From assembly GCA_049320885.1 (NCBI GenBank), contig JBMORA010000063.1, forward strand, positions 96,001 through 160,000: 64,000 nt of DNA, written 5' to 3'. The stretch is from Thermodesulfobacteriota bacterium (GTDB lineage Bacteria; Desulfobacterota; Desulfobacteria; Desulfobacterales; SURF-7). Positions 27,092 to 37,253 of this stretch are shown in pieces. Both the position numbers and the translations under genes were made by a program. Below the pieces are notes generated by a model. It did no database searches. It was not told the DNA's origin and saw only the letters and a list, made by a program, of their open reading frames with translations. Numbering within the stretch: position 1 is the first letter of the stretch; each line of letters opens with the position of its first letter.

Positions 27092-27580
27092 TCATGAAAC
27101 CATCATGATGATATTGTGAAGAAACGTATCAAGGGCTTTCTCGGCCCTCCTTCTCAACAGAAAGGGGGTGATCGCCAAATGGATCGGCAGCTGTAAGAGC
27201 GGAATGCCCGCACCCAGGGCAATTCCGAGCAACATCGGCCACCTTTCCTCGAACACGATGGCGAAAAGCCCACCCATTCCGCCCCCGAGAATCACTGCCA
27301 AGCTCACCAGAAACCGGATGAGAAATTGCTTCCATTTCTCCAGTCCTTCATACCCGGCACGCACTGTGAGCCGTCCATCCGCGACGGTGACTGTGATGGG
27401 CGAAACGCCGGATATGGCCAAGCCTTTGGTAGTGGAGAAAAAAAGACCGCTTTGTTCCGCCGTGACAACGGTATCGGTCACACGAACGAGTTTATGGCCG
27501 GCATGGGCCAGTGCGGTTTTGGCGAATTCCAGTTCCCTGCGACCATCGCCGGTCAGCGCCACGGTTTTCTCATATAACAT
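27092..27580 (-). CDS. Hypothetical membrane protein (2 C-terminal TM)
   Basis: GGAGAGG RBS before MLYEKT; two hydrophobic helices. Confidence 0.65.
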   Translation of the reverse strand: MLYEKTVALTGDGRRELEFAKTALAHAGHKLVRVTDTVVTAEQSGLFFSTTKGLAISGVSPITVTVADGRLTVRAGYEGLEKWKQFLIRFLVSLAVILGGGMGGLFAIVFEERWPMLLGIALGAGIPLLQLPIHLAITPFLLRRRAEKALDTFLHNIIMMVS

Positions 27581-27640
27581 GGGCCTCTCCAGTTTTCGAC
27601 AGTAAACGGTTGTTCGACGGTCGATTGGTCGCAACGGATA

Positions 27641-28267
27641 TTACTGCCTGGTTGCCGCCAGCTTCAATGCCAGACCCAGAAAAACGACTCCCGCCGTCCG
27701 GTTCATGATTTTCTGGATACCTTCGGATCGGTTGAGCCATTGACCAAAAGTCCCGGCCAGGAGCGCCATGGCACCGAACACCAGGATGGTGGCAAGGATG
27801 AACAGGCCGCCGAGCATCAACATCTGGATCCAAAGCGGACCCCTGGCGGGTTCGGCGAACTGCGGCAGAAACGCCAGGAAGAAAATGGAGACCTTCGGAT
27901 TCGTGACGTTCATGACGATGCCACGAATATACAGTTTCCAGATCCGGACTTCTTCACCCCTTCCACCCCCAATCGTCCCGGCGGATGCCCGGAACATCCG
28001 CCAGGCGAGATAGGCCAGGTAGGCGGCGCCGATGTACTTGAGAACGGAGAAGGCGATCGCCGAGGTTTTAAAAATAACCGCGACACCCAGCGTAACGGAA
28101 AGCGTATGCCCGATGAGGCCCGTACAAAGCCCCAGCATGATGGCCAACCCCGCTGTCCGCCCTTGCACGGCGGATTGGGTCAGAACGAAAAGATTGTCGG
28201 GCCCCGGTGCCAGGGCGAGCAGAACCGAGGCGGTTAAAAAGGACACGGCGGTTTCAATGGGTAGCAT
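27641..28267 (-). CDS. LysE/RhtB-family amino-acid exporter
   Basis: APGPDNL..G..G, LKYIGAAYL, NVTNPKVSIFFLAFLPQF. Confidence 0.92.
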   Translation of the reverse strand: MLPIETAVSFLTASVLLALAPGPDNLFVLTQSAVQGRTAGLAIMLGLCTGLIGHTLSVTLGVAVIFKTSAIAFSVLKYIGAAYLAYLAWRMFRASAGTIGGGRGEEVRIWKLYIRGIVMNVTNPKVSIFFLAFLPQFAEPARGPLWIQMLMLGGLFILATILVFGAMALLAGTFGQWLNRSEGIQKIMNRTAGVVFLGLALKLAATRQ

Positions 28268-28544
28268 CTTATACCTTCCTGTTTTATTGCTTGTCTTCCA
28301 ATACAGGAAGCGCTTCCCCGACACAAGAACGTTCTTGGCGGCAGGCATCCGCCCTTGATAAATTTGTTGAAATATTCGTCCGTTTCGGTATGATGGAAGC
28401 AACAAAGGGCATCAGCGGGATCCATCGGCACTTTACCGTTCCGGGCATTGGACACCGCCGTTGCCTATTCCATCGATCGACAACAGCCCCGAACACGAAT
28501 CCGTCATGAAATCAGATCATTCAAATTCAAAATGGGAGAGAGTT

Positions 28545-29192
28545 ATGAAACCGAAGATGCTGTTTCTCCGGATCGGTAGTTTTCTGTTTTGCGCCTGGAT
28601 GTTTTTCGGTTGCGGCGATCTCTACCGGATCAATTATTCCAATATCAGGGCCGATCTGATCTATAGCGGTTCCCGCTCCGTGGCCATAGGAGTTCTGGAC
28701 CAAAGGCCCTATGTGCTCAATGGAGAAAAGGATCCGAAATATGTGGGCACCATGCGGGGCGGATACGGCAATCCCTTCGATCTTTTCACCCAAAGCGATC
28801 TGCGACTGGTGGAGGATATGTCCGTCACCCTGGCCGATTCGCTGCGGAGCCGCGGCTTTCAAGTGGCTGCCGTCAAGGCCGAAGTGGGGAAAGATGCCGC
28901 GAACCTGCTGGCGGAATTATCTGCCGGGGGAGCCGAGCGGATTTTGTTTCTGGATGTGAAGGACTGGTGGAGCGACTACTATCCCGCAAGCTGGGGGCCG
29001 GAAAGGACCGAACTGATCATGAACATCGAACTGAAGGTCATGAATCCGCAGCGGCAAGTGCTTGCCTCCAGCAGGATTGAAACGACGGAAAATCCTCCTT
29101 CCGGGTGGCCGAAAGACACCATCCCCGGTTTCTACCAGAAAAAAATGGCGGTTCTGCTGAACGATCCGTCCATCCAGAAGGCGCTTCGATAG
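28545..29192 (+). CDS. Hypothetical lipoprotein (YajG-like fold possible)
   Basis: Lipobox FFGC; V..DQRP..VG.MRGGYGNP motif. Confidence 0.7.
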   Translation: MKPKMLFLRIGSFLFCAWMFFGCGDLYRINYSNIRADLIYSGSRSVAIGVLDQRPYVLNGEKDPKYVGTMRGGYGNPFDLFTQSDLRLVEDMSVTLADSLRSRGFQVAAVKAEVGKDAANLLAELSAGGAERILFLDVKDWWSDYYPASWGPERTELIMNIELKVMNPQRQVLASSRIETTENPPSGWPKDTIPGFYQKKMAVLLNDPSIQKALR

Positions 29193-29233
29193 TATTGCGA
29201 CCTGAACCCCACATCCGTCCGATTATTGAACGT

Positions 29234-29262
29234 TTGACAGAAGGCCGATTTTTTATTATAGA
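29234..29262 (+). promoter_or_regulatory. Sigma-70-type promoter upstream of the basic protein
   Basis: TTGACA-N17-TATAGA. Confidence 0.5.
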
Positions 29263-29384
29263 AGTATTATCATAAAAATTTAGGATCTAGAAAAAATCCA
29301 GCCGATGCATGACAGTGAAGTTGTTTGACCGTCCACCCAAGAAAAACTTATTCCGGAATAACGAAAAACAGAAAGGATACCAGA

Positions 29385-29783
29385 ATGGCGAGCCAAATTG
29401 AAAAAGGAATCAAATCGATTCAGAAGGAATTCAACAAGGTGGTCAACCGATTGGAGAAATTCATCAAGGAAATTTCCAAGCTCGGCATGTCCAAACCCGC
29501 TGAAAAAACCCGGGGAAAACAGGCGAAAGCCGTCAAGAAAACCACTACCACCAAAAAGAAACCGGCGGCCCGGAAAAAAGCCGCTTCAACGGCTTCCGTG
29601 AAATCAGGCACTGCCTTCGCCTCGGTAATGGCCATCATCGCCAAAAGCGAAAACGGCGTGAACACCACCACATTAATGGAAAAAACCGGATTCGATTTCA
29701 AGAAAATCTCGAATATCATTTTCAAGGCGAAAACCAAGGGGTTGATTAAAACAGTGAAAAAAGGAGTTTACGTAACCACGTGA
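29385..29783 (+). CDS. Small Lys/Ala-rich protein with a C-terminal winged-helix-like domain; candidate nucleoid-associated protein
   Basis: N-terminal amphipathic helix, linker KAVKKTTTTKKKPAARKKA, C-terminus GVNTTTLMEKTGF..KISNIIFKAKTKGLIKTVKKGVY. AAAGGA RBS. Confidence 0.75.
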   Translation: MASQIEKGIKSIQKEFNKVVNRLEKFIKEISKLGMSKPAEKTRGKQAKAVKKTTTTKKKPAARKKAASTASVKSGTAFASVMAIIAKSENGVNTTTLMEKTGFDFKKISNIIFKAKTKGLIKTVKKGVYVTT

Positions 29784-29829
29784 GGATCGAATCGGAATAA
29801 CTTCCCCTGCGCTTCCAGTTACCCGTCGG

Positions 29830-29866
29830 AGGGGCCGCGGCGACGGACGCCGGGCCCCTTCTTCTG
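29830..29866. terminator. GC-rich hairpin between convergent genes; likely intrinsic terminator
   Basis: AGGGGCC-G-CGGCG-ACGGA-CGCCG-GGCCCCT followed by TCTTCT. Confidence 0.6.
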
Positions 29867-29875
29867 TAGTTCCTT

Positions 29876-31570
29876 TCACAGATCCAGGCCCATTTGCCCT
29901 CCCGGGCATAGAATATTATTGGGATCGAAATGTCTTTTCAATGCTCGGAGGACCGCCATCTGTTCGGGCCCCAGATGCCTGTCCATGAACTTCGCGAACA
30001 GTTTGCCCACGCCGTGATGATGGCTGATGGAACCCCCGTTTTTCAGAATGGCTTCAAGAATGCCGTCGTGAAATTTTCTGTATTCCTTCAAGTCCATCAT
30101 TTTCAGGATAAAAATAAAATACAGATTGGTGCCCTGGGGATAGAAATGGGACGCATGCGTCATGCAGATGGTCCGGGGACGGCTTTTGATGTATTTGCGG
30201 ACGCCTTCATGCAGCCGATGGATCTTGTCCCAGGTCACACCGGATTCAACCGTGTCGATGATGATACCGTAATCCATGAGGTCCTCACGCATATACGGTT
30301 CCTTATACCTTGTTTTTTCCCATAAACCGGTGGTGAAACCGGTCAGGGACATGGCCCCGTGGGTTTTGCATACTCCCGCAATCCGCTCTTTCACATATTT
30401 TGCGTATCCTTTTTCTCCCTCGCAGGTTCCCATGCAAAGGCAGCGTTTCATCGGTTTATAGCCGCGCAGGGTGATGACCTTGTCAACCGGCGTGCCGTGG
30501 ATCCCGAACAGTTTCAGGCCGACTTCCGTCTCCTCGGCATCGGAAATCCGGTATACCGCCGGTTTGCCGAATTCCCCCTGGATGATCTCCCGGCTGGCGT
30601 CCACCGCATTTTGCCAGGAGGGAAACATATAGGCAAACCGCTGCCGGTTTCCGGGCTTATGACGGAAAATCTTCATGGTCACCTCGACCAGCACGCCGAA
30701 GGCCCCTTCGCTGCCTTTCATGATGTCGTTCACCTTTGGACCGGTGGCCGTCCCCGGATACTCCAGGGTTTTAAACGAACCCGCGGGGGTCACATACTCC
30801 TGGGCGAAAACGATATCACAGGCGTCGCCATAGTAGGTCGACGCCTGCCCGGAACCCAAGGTAACCACCCATCCGCCGACGGATGAATACTCAAACGATT
30901 GCGGAAAATGCCCGCAGGTGTATCTATGCCGGGTATGATACAGTTTCGGCGCGTTGTTCAAGGCCTCCTCATACGCCGGCCCCAGCATGCCGGGTTGAAC
31001 CACCGCGGTCTGATTCAGTTCGTTGATTTCAAGCAATCGGTTCATGTGGGTGCTCATCACCAGCATCAGACCGCCCCTGGGCGTGTTCAGCCCCCAGGTC
31101 ACGGATGACCCGCCCCCGTATACATACAGCGGTATTTTCTGGTCATTGCACAGGGCCACGATTTTCTGCACATCCTTTTTGTTCCTGGGGTGAACCACGA
31201 TGTCCGGAACGCTGCGCACCATCCGGCGTCTGAGCGCCATCGCCTCATCCACCGTTTTGCCGTGACTGAACCGGACCCGGCTGTAATCGTCCGTCGCCAC
31301 GTTTTTTTTCCCGACGATATCCTCAACGCTTTTGATCGTCTTCGGGGCAAGCTGGATTTTCCGGTCCAGGGATACGATCTCGTTGCCTTCCAGGCGCGGT
31401 TTTCGGAAATCCTCATCCGTGAGTCCAAATTCCCGCTTGAGCATGTGATACCATTCATCGTTGGGATGCTTGAATTCAGAAGGGCTTCCCCATTTGAACA
31501 CCGAGCGGTAGGAATGTTTTTCAGGCGGTTTTTCCGTCCAGTCCGGTATGAATTTGCTTTCAGTTGTCAT
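29876..31570 (-). CDS. FAD-linked oxidase (VAO/PCMH family), alkyl-dihydroxyacetone-phosphate synthase-like
   Basis: YGGGSSV, GHFPQSFEYSSVGGW..GSGQASTYYG, GSEGAFGV, HASHFYPQGTNLYF, ISHHHGVGK, FDPNNILCPG. Confidence 0.82.
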   Translation of the reverse strand: MTTESKFIPDWTEKPPEKHSYRSVFKWGSPSEFKHPNDEWYHMLKREFGLTDEDFRKPRLEGNEIVSLDRKIQLAPKTIKSVEDIVGKKNVATDDYSRVRFSHGKTVDEAMALRRRMVRSVPDIVVHPRNKKDVQKIVALCNDQKIPLYVYGGGSSVTWGLNTPRGGLMLVMSTHMNRLLEINELNQTAVVQPGMLGPAYEEALNNAPKLYHTRHRYTCGHFPQSFEYSSVGGWVVTLGSGQASTYYGDACDIVFAQEYVTPAGSFKTLEYPGTATGPKVNDIMKGSEGAFGVLVEVTMKIFRHKPGNRQRFAYMFPSWQNAVDASREIIQGEFGKPAVYRISDAEETEVGLKLFGIHGTPVDKVITLRGYKPMKRCLCMGTCEGEKGYAKYVKERIAGVCKTHGAMSLTGFTTGLWEKTRYKEPYMREDLMDYGIIIDTVESGVTWDKIHRLHEGVRKYIKSRPRTICMTHASHFYPQGTNLYFIFILKMMDLKEYRKFHDGILEAILKNGGSISHHHGVGKLFAKFMDRHLGPEQMAVLRALKRHFDPNNILCPGGQMGLDL

Positions 31571-31644
31571 GATATTTCCCATTCCGTTTGATTGTTGATC
31601 CGCGAATCTTCCGGGAGCCGTTTCCGGAAATCCCGTCATTGCCG

Positions 31645-33279
31645 TCACACCCGAATGACTTCTCCGGCCCTGACCCCCGCCACATACTTTCCGTCTTTGA
31701 CGGCATGACCGCCGTTGATGAATACATGCGAAATCCCCTTGGGCTCCCCCGCGGGCCTGGGGCCTTCGGCCGGCGTTTCCGCGATGCCCATGGGATCGAA
31801 AACCACAATATCGGCTTTTTTTCCCGGGGCGATAAGCCCCCGGTCCGCTATCCGAAACCGCTCCGCGGATGCCGATGTCATGCGGCGCAAAGCTTCCTCC
31901 AGGGGAATCAGCTTCCGGTCCCGGACGTATTCCCCCAGAATTTTAGGGAATGCGCCCCGGGCCGCCGGATTGGGGTGGCCGCCGAAACGGGTCAGTGCGT
32001 CGGTTTCAAACAGACAGAGACCATGCGACAAGACCGCATCCAGAACCGCTTCATCGTGCGGTTCTCCGCTGTAGGTATGAAACAGCATCACCGCTTGTCC
32101 GGAGCTGGCCTCACTGAGGGTGAGAAATGTTTCAAAATCCGAGAGCCCCTTTTGCCTGGCGATTTCCGGCAGCCGGTGGCCGTTCAATTCTTTCCAGCCG
32201 CTCGGACCGGCGTCCATGAGCTGGAAATCCTTGTAGGAAAATCCCAATAGCGCGAAACCGGCCGAGAGTTCCAGACGCAGCAACGCCCGCAACCACGGGT
32301 TGCGGTACGCTTCCGGAAGCTTTTTCAGATACCAGTACGGCAGCACCACATTGACGGTGGTGTTGCCGCAGGTGTAGGGGAAGGCGTCAAACAGGATGTC
32401 CACGCCGCTGCCGCGGGCGTCTTCGATCATCCTCAGGCATTTTTCCGCGGTGCTCCAGCTCCGCCGGCCCACAAACACGAGATGGGAAATCTGCACGGCC
32501 GCGCCGGTCTTCCGGGCGACCCGGATCATCTCCTCCAGGGCTCTGATGTTATGGGCTTTGACATAGGTCGGCGGATACGTGGGGGAAATCCGGCTGAGGG
32601 CTTTTATGTGCACCGTCACCGGCTTGCGGGCCGCTGCCGCGACGCTGCAGAACTCCTCAATTTCCTCCATGGGGGAGTACATCCCCGGGTCGTAGCCCAG
32701 CCCGAAACTCAGGCCGCAGGCACCATCGTCAAGGCTGGCGCGCAGGGCTGTCAGACATCCATCCAGTTCATCCCGGGTCATCCCGCCCCTGCGGGTATCG
32801 GCCCGGGCCAGTCGGATCGTACCGTGTCCCACCAGGTTGGCCATATTGACAATGGGGCGGCTCCGCTCCACCCGGTCAAAAAAGTCGGCCATGCTGTTCC
32901 AGGTGTAATCCGGCGGCTTGTCGATCATGAGGTTGAAATGTTCCAGGGAAAGCTGGCGCCGGGTTCGATCCGTGATCGGAGCAGGGGAAAAGCCGCAGTT
33001 CCCGCCCACGATGGTCGTAATCCCCTGCTCCGGAAGGCACTGGAGCGGAACATGGTGGTCGGGAAGCGGCAGGGTCCAATCCGAGTGGGAATGCATGTCG
33101 ATGAAGCCGGGGGCGACGATCCGGCCGGATGCGTCGATCACCGCGCCCGTCCGGGGCAGGCTTTCGCCCCTTTTAAAGACCTCGCGGATCCGGTCTCCTT
33201 CCAGAAGCACATGCCCCTTGAATCCCGGCTTGCCGGTGCCGTCGATGATCGTGCCGTTTTGGATCAGTACGGTTTCCAT
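31645..33279 (-). CDS. N-acyl-D-amino-acid deacylase (amidohydrolase family)
   Basis: IIDGTG, APGFIDMHSHSD, GNCGFS, QISHL, HPNPAARGAFP, DRGLIAPGKKADIVVFD. Confidence 0.88.
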   Translation of the reverse strand: METVLIQNGTIIDGTGKPGFKGHVLLEGDRIREVFKRGESLPRTGAVIDASGRIVAPGFIDMHSHSDWTLPLPDHHVPLQCLPEQGITTIVGGNCGFSPAPITDRTRRQLSLEHFNLMIDKPPDYTWNSMADFFDRVERSRPIVNMANLVGHGTIRLARADTRRGGMTRDELDGCLTALRASLDDGACGLSFGLGYDPGMYSPMEEIEEFCSVAAAARKPVTVHIKALSRISPTYPPTYVKAHNIRALEEMIRVARKTGAAVQISHLVFVGRRSWSTAEKCLRMIEDARGSGVDILFDAFPYTCGNTTVNVVLPYWYLKKLPEAYRNPWLRALLRLELSAGFALLGFSYKDFQLMDAGPSGWKELNGHRLPEIARQKGLSDFETFLTLSEASSGQAVMLFHTYSGEPHDEAVLDAVLSHGLCLFETDALTRFGGHPNPAARGAFPKILGEYVRDRKLIPLEEALRRMTSASAERFRIADRGLIAPGKKADIVVFDPMGIAETPAEGPRPAGEPKGISHVFINGGHAVKDGKYVAGVRAGEVIRV

Positions 33280-33410
33280 TCAATCGATTTTCCATCATTT
33301 CATGTCACGGCCGCGACCGTCAGCGGCATGACGAAGTCCACCTGTTCAGAAACCTTTTACCGATATTTTCAATTTATCATAAACCATGAATCTCGATAAC
33401 ATCAATAGAA

Positions 33411-33422
33411 GAATGAACATTC
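33411..33422. promoter_or_regulatory. Palindrome GAATGAACATTC; candidate TetR-type operator upstream of the deacylase/AGPS-like genes
   Basis: GAATG-AA-CATTC lies just upstream of a possible minus-strand TTGATG-N18-TATGAT promoter. Confidence 0.35.
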
Positions 33423-33583
33423 GGGATCACCGGGATGCCGCTGTTTCCTTCCCTCCCCGGGGAATGCTGGCGCACGCTACCGAAAACACAATCACCATCT
33501 AAATTGAACTTGATCTTCTTGTATGAAAAAATGTATTTTCAGACACTATTCAGCGAACCGATCGTTGAGGCGAGGAACTCATC

Positions 33584-35041
33584 ATGAAATGGGATTTTCC
33601 TTTTCCGTTGAACATCCGGCAGAAAATCATTCTGGGATTGGTCCTGCTTTCCATCGTCATGCTGATCATCGCCGGGATTTCCTTCAATTCGCTCCTGAGG
33701 ATCGAAAGCAAGCAGCACTTCGTGGTCATCGCCGACGACCTGAGCAACATGATCCTGGAAATCCGGCGCTATGAAAAAAACTACCTTCTATATAACTCCA
33801 CCGTCGATTTGAAGGAAAACCGAAAATATATCCGGATGAGCATTCATGTTCTCGCCAGGATTTATCCGGACATAAAGGATTTCAATGTAAAGCCGCTGCT
33901 GGAGCTTCTGGAAACCAACCTGCTCGAATACGGCGGCCTCATGGAAATGATCGCCAAACAGTACAAGGAAGGGAAAAAAGCCGAAACCGTAAAATTCGAG
34001 GAAGAGTTGCGGGAACGCGGGAAAAACCTGCTGGCGCTTTCGGACGAACTGGTCTCCTTTGAAAGACGACAAATCCTCCTGATCATCAAGAACCTCAAAA
34101 CCCAGTTGCTTTCCGCCCTGGGAGTCTACATCGCCTTGAACATTTTCCTAGTCGCCGTGGTTCCCGTAAAAATCTTCAGACCCCTGCGGATCATCGAGAA
34201 AACCACCCTGCGTATCGCCCAGGGTGATTTCACGCCCATTCCGGTATCCGACAACCGCGATGAAACCCAGCGGGTGGTCCAGGCTTTCAATCGGATGGTG
34301 TCGGAACTCGAGAAACGCCAGGATCAGCTGGTGCAGGCGAAAAAGCTGTCCTCCCTGGGAACCCTGACGTCCGGGATCGCCCATCAGTTGAACAACCCGC
34401 TGAACAATATTTCGACCTCCTGTCAGATCATGATGGAGGATCTGGGGTCTCTGCTGAAGGAGCTGCCGCCATCCGATCAAGACTTTGTAAGAAAAATGCT
34501 CGGCAACATCGAACAGGAGGTTCACCGGGCCAAGGATATCGTCAAGGGGTTGCTGGAGTTTTCAAGGGAAAGAGAGTTCTGCCTGACCCCCACCCAGCTT
34601 TCCCAGGTGGTGGAACGTTCCGCCAAACTCATCTCCAGCCAAATCCCCCCCGGTATTCAGATTATCCGAAGCATCCCCGAGGATCTGCTGCTGAAAATGG
34701 ACTCCCAGCGGATGCAGCAGGTGTTTCTGAACCTCATTGAAAATGCTGTCCACGCCATGCGGGAATCTTCAGGTGAAATCCGGATAACGGCCCAGGCTTC
34801 CCCCGACAAGGAGCAGGTGGTGATATCGGTGGAGGACACGGGCAAAGGAATCCCCGCAGGAGAAATACCTCACGTTTTCGATCCATTCTATACCACCAAG
34901 GAAGTCGGCGCCGGAACGGGACTTGGGCTTTCCATCGTATACGGCATCATCCAGAAGCATTTCGGTTCGATCACCGTTGAAAGCAAGGAAGGCGAAGGAA
35001 CCCGATTTACCATCCGCCTGCCTCTTGAAACCGGTTGTTAG
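33584..35041 (+). CDS. Membrane sensor histidine kinase (helical periplasmic domain, HAMP, HisKA, HATPase)
   Basis: Two TM segments, LEIRRYEKNY, HAMP, GIAHQLNNPL, NLIENA, FDPFYTTK..GTGLGL. Confidence 0.92.
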   Translation: MKWDFPFPLNIRQKIILGLVLLSIVMLIIAGISFNSLLRIESKQHFVVIADDLSNMILEIRRYEKNYLLYNSTVDLKENRKYIRMSIHVLARIYPDIKDFNVKPLLELLETNLLEYGGLMEMIAKQYKEGKKAETVKFEEELRERGKNLLALSDELVSFERRQILLIIKNLKTQLLSALGVYIALNIFLVAVVPVKIFRPLRIIEKTTLRIAQGDFTPIPVSDNRDETQRVVQAFNRMVSELEKRQDQLVQAKKLSSLGTLTSGIAHQLNNPLNNISTSCQIMMEDLGSLLKELPPSDQDFVRKMLGNIEQEVHRAKDIVKGLLEFSREREFCLTPTQLSQVVERSAKLISSQIPPGIQIIRSIPEDLLLKMDSQRMQQVFLNLIENAVHAMRESSGEIRITAQASPDKEQVVISVEDTGKGIPAGEIPHVFDPFYTTKEVGAGTGLGLSIVYGIIQKHFGSITVESKEGEGTRFTIRLPLETGC

Positions 35042-35056
35042 GGGAGAAGTCGGCGC

Positions 35057-36400
35057 ATGGCCATGATATTGATCGCTGAGGATGAACGCATCGCCCGGGA
35101 TAACCTGGAACACGTGCTGCGCAAGGAAGGCCATACCGTCGTGCCGGTGGAGAACGGCAAAGAGGCGATTCGCGAGCTGGAAAAACAGGAATTCGATCTG
35201 GTGATGACCGACCTGCGCATGCAGCCCGTGGACGGCATGGAAGTGCTGCGGCGGTCCAAGGAGTTATTTCCGGATACGGAAGTGATCGTCGTCACCGGCT
35301 ACGCCACCGTTACCACCGCCGTGGAGGCCATGCGCAAGGGCGCGTACTACTATGTTTCCAAGCCTTATCAAATCGAGGATGTCCGGTTCCTGGTCCGCCA
35401 GGCCGTCGAAAAAAAACAGTTGCGACGGGAAGTAGCCGATTTGAAACAAAAAGTAGATATCGCCAACACCGACACCCATCTTCTGATCGGCAACAGTCCT
35501 GCCATGCAGAATCTGAAAAACGTCATTCTCCAGGTGGCCCCCACGGATTGCAATATCCTGATCCTGGGAGAAACCGGCACCGGAAAGGAACTTGTGGCCC
35601 GGACCATTCACCATCTGAGCCCCCGGTCCGGAAGACGCTTTCTGGCCATCAACTGCGGCGCTTTCAACGAAGAATTGCTGGCCCATGAACTCTTCGGGCA
35701 TGAACGGGAGGCGTTCACCGGAGCCCGCGGGATCAAGAAAGGCCTGCTGGAATCCGTCCAGGGCGGCACGATTCTGCTGGATGAGATCGGTGACATGCCC
35801 CTGGCCATGCAGGTGAAGCTGCTGCGCGTCCTGCAGGAAAGGACCCTGTTACGCATCGGCGGCACCCAGGAAATACCCGTCGACATCCGGGTCTTGGCCG
35901 CCACCAATAAGGATTTGAAGGAAGAAGTCGAAAACGGTCATTTCCGGCAGGATTTGTACTACCGCCTCAACGTGATCACCCTGCCGGTCCCTCGCCTGGC
36001 GGACCGCCGGGACGATATTCTCATGTTGAGCCTGCATTTTTTGAAAAAAATCTCCGAAGCCCAGGGGAAACGGCTGGAATCGATTTCGGAAGCGGTGCTG
36101 GACATTCTGTTTTCCTATGAATTTCCTGGAAATGTCCGGGAACTTGAAAACATCATGGAGCGGGCCGTGACCCTCGCCGGGGGAGCATCCATCGAAATCC
36201 AACATCTGCCCTTCGATCTGCAGGAATTTGCCGGCCGGGTCAAGCGCCGCTCCCAGGAATTCCTGACCCTGGAAGAGAACGAAAAGGAATATATCGAATG
36301 GGTGCTGCACCAGGTGAACGACAACAAAACCAAGGCCGCCGAGATTCTGGGAATCGATCGGGTGTCCCTCTGGCGCAAATTGAAGCGCTACCAGCTGTGA
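35057..36400 (+). CDS. NtrC-family sigma-54-dependent response regulator
   Basis: REC, GETGTGKE, ELFGHEREAFTGA, LLDEIG, Fis-type HTH AAEILGIDRVSLWRKL. Confidence 0.93.
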   Translation: MAMILIAEDERIARDNLEHVLRKEGHTVVPVENGKEAIRELEKQEFDLVMTDLRMQPVDGMEVLRRSKELFPDTEVIVVTGYATVTTAVEAMRKGAYYYVSKPYQIEDVRFLVRQAVEKKQLRREVADLKQKVDIANTDTHLLIGNSPAMQNLKNVILQVAPTDCNILILGETGTGKELVARTIHHLSPRSGRRFLAINCGAFNEELLAHELFGHEREAFTGARGIKKGLLESVQGGTILLDEIGDMPLAMQVKLLRVLQERTLLRIGGTQEIPVDIRVLAATNKDLKEEVENGHFRQDLYYRLNVITLPVPRLADRRDDILMLSLHFLKKISEAQGKRLESISEAVLDILFSYEFPGNVRELENIMERAVTLAGGASIEIQHLPFDLQEFAGRVKRRSQEFLTLEENEKEYIEWVLHQVNDNKTKAAEILGIDRVSLWRKLKRYQL

Positions 36401-37253
36401 ATTCCTGATGTGGCGGATTTCGGCTATGCGCTCCGGGGGAAACGGCTTGGGATGTCGCCTTCGCGGCCTCGTATGCCTCCTTGAGAACCAATACCGGAAG
36501 CCCCTGATCCACGATCTTTTCCATCAGACCGGTGCGAAACGGCCACCTTCCCCTGCAACCATCCCGGCCGAGGAGAATCATGTCGAATTTCCCCCGACGG
36601 ATGCGCTGCATAATTTCGGCCGCATTTCCGGCCATCGTTTCCGGCAGGCCCCCGGACAACATTCCTCCGGCGCCGGCCTTCCTTTTGGTTGCGGCGACGA
36701 GCCGATGAACTTCCAATGAGCCGCCGTAACTCCTGGCAAGTTCAGTCGCGCGGGAGAATATCCCCGGTCCCGCCTCCGGTCCACTGGCCACCAAAAGGAC
36801 TTTTTCCCAGCCGACGACCGCCTGTTCGGGAATGACCAGCACCTCCACCTCATCCAGCCTGCGGATAATTCCGGAACGCGGGTTTCCCCTCAGCCATCTG
36901 GCTATCGGCGATTTTCGGCCGGCGCCCAGCACCACCAGGTCGAACCGGCCGCCGGCGGCGAACCCGGCGATTTCCTCGGCGGGTTCACCCGCCTCGCACC
37001 GGACACCGATGCGCATGCCTTGGGATTCCCCGGTCTCGAAAGCCTTTCCGAGAATCTCACCGGCGCGGCCCACCAGGAGCCCGTCGATGCTCCGGACGCC
37101 AACGAGACTCAGATCGCCTTGATACGAAGGGGTCACGGTGATCACCGTAACCCCTCCCTTGCCCCATTGCGCCAGGCGGATCGATTCGGCCAGGGCGTGA
37201 TAACCCGCGGCCGAACCGTTTATCGCCACCAGGATTTGATTAAGCCTCTGCAT
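36240..37253 (-). CDS. Tandem universal stress protein (second domain degenerate; 3' end overlaps the NtrC gene)
   Basis: ILVAINGS..AL..A, GEPAEEI..DLVVLGA..G; second repeat KVLLV..DMILLG..PVLVL. Confidence 0.75.
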   Translation of the reverse strand: MQRLNQILVAINGSAAGYHALAESIRLAQWGKGGVTVITVTPSYQGDLSLVGVRSIDGLLVGRAGEILGKAFETGESQGMRIGVRCEAGEPAEEIAGFAAGGRFDLVVLGAGRKSPIARWLRGNPRSGIIRRLDEVEVLVIPEQAVVGWEKVLLVASGPEAGPGIFSRATELARSYGGSLEVHRLVAATKRKAGAGGMLSGGLPETMAGNAAEIMQRIRRGKFDMILLGRDGCRGRWPFRTGLMEKIVDQGLPVLVLKEAYEAAKATSQAVSPGAHSRNPPHQEFTAGSASICARGTPDRFPESRRPWFCCRSPGAAPIRYIPFRSLPGSGIPGSGA

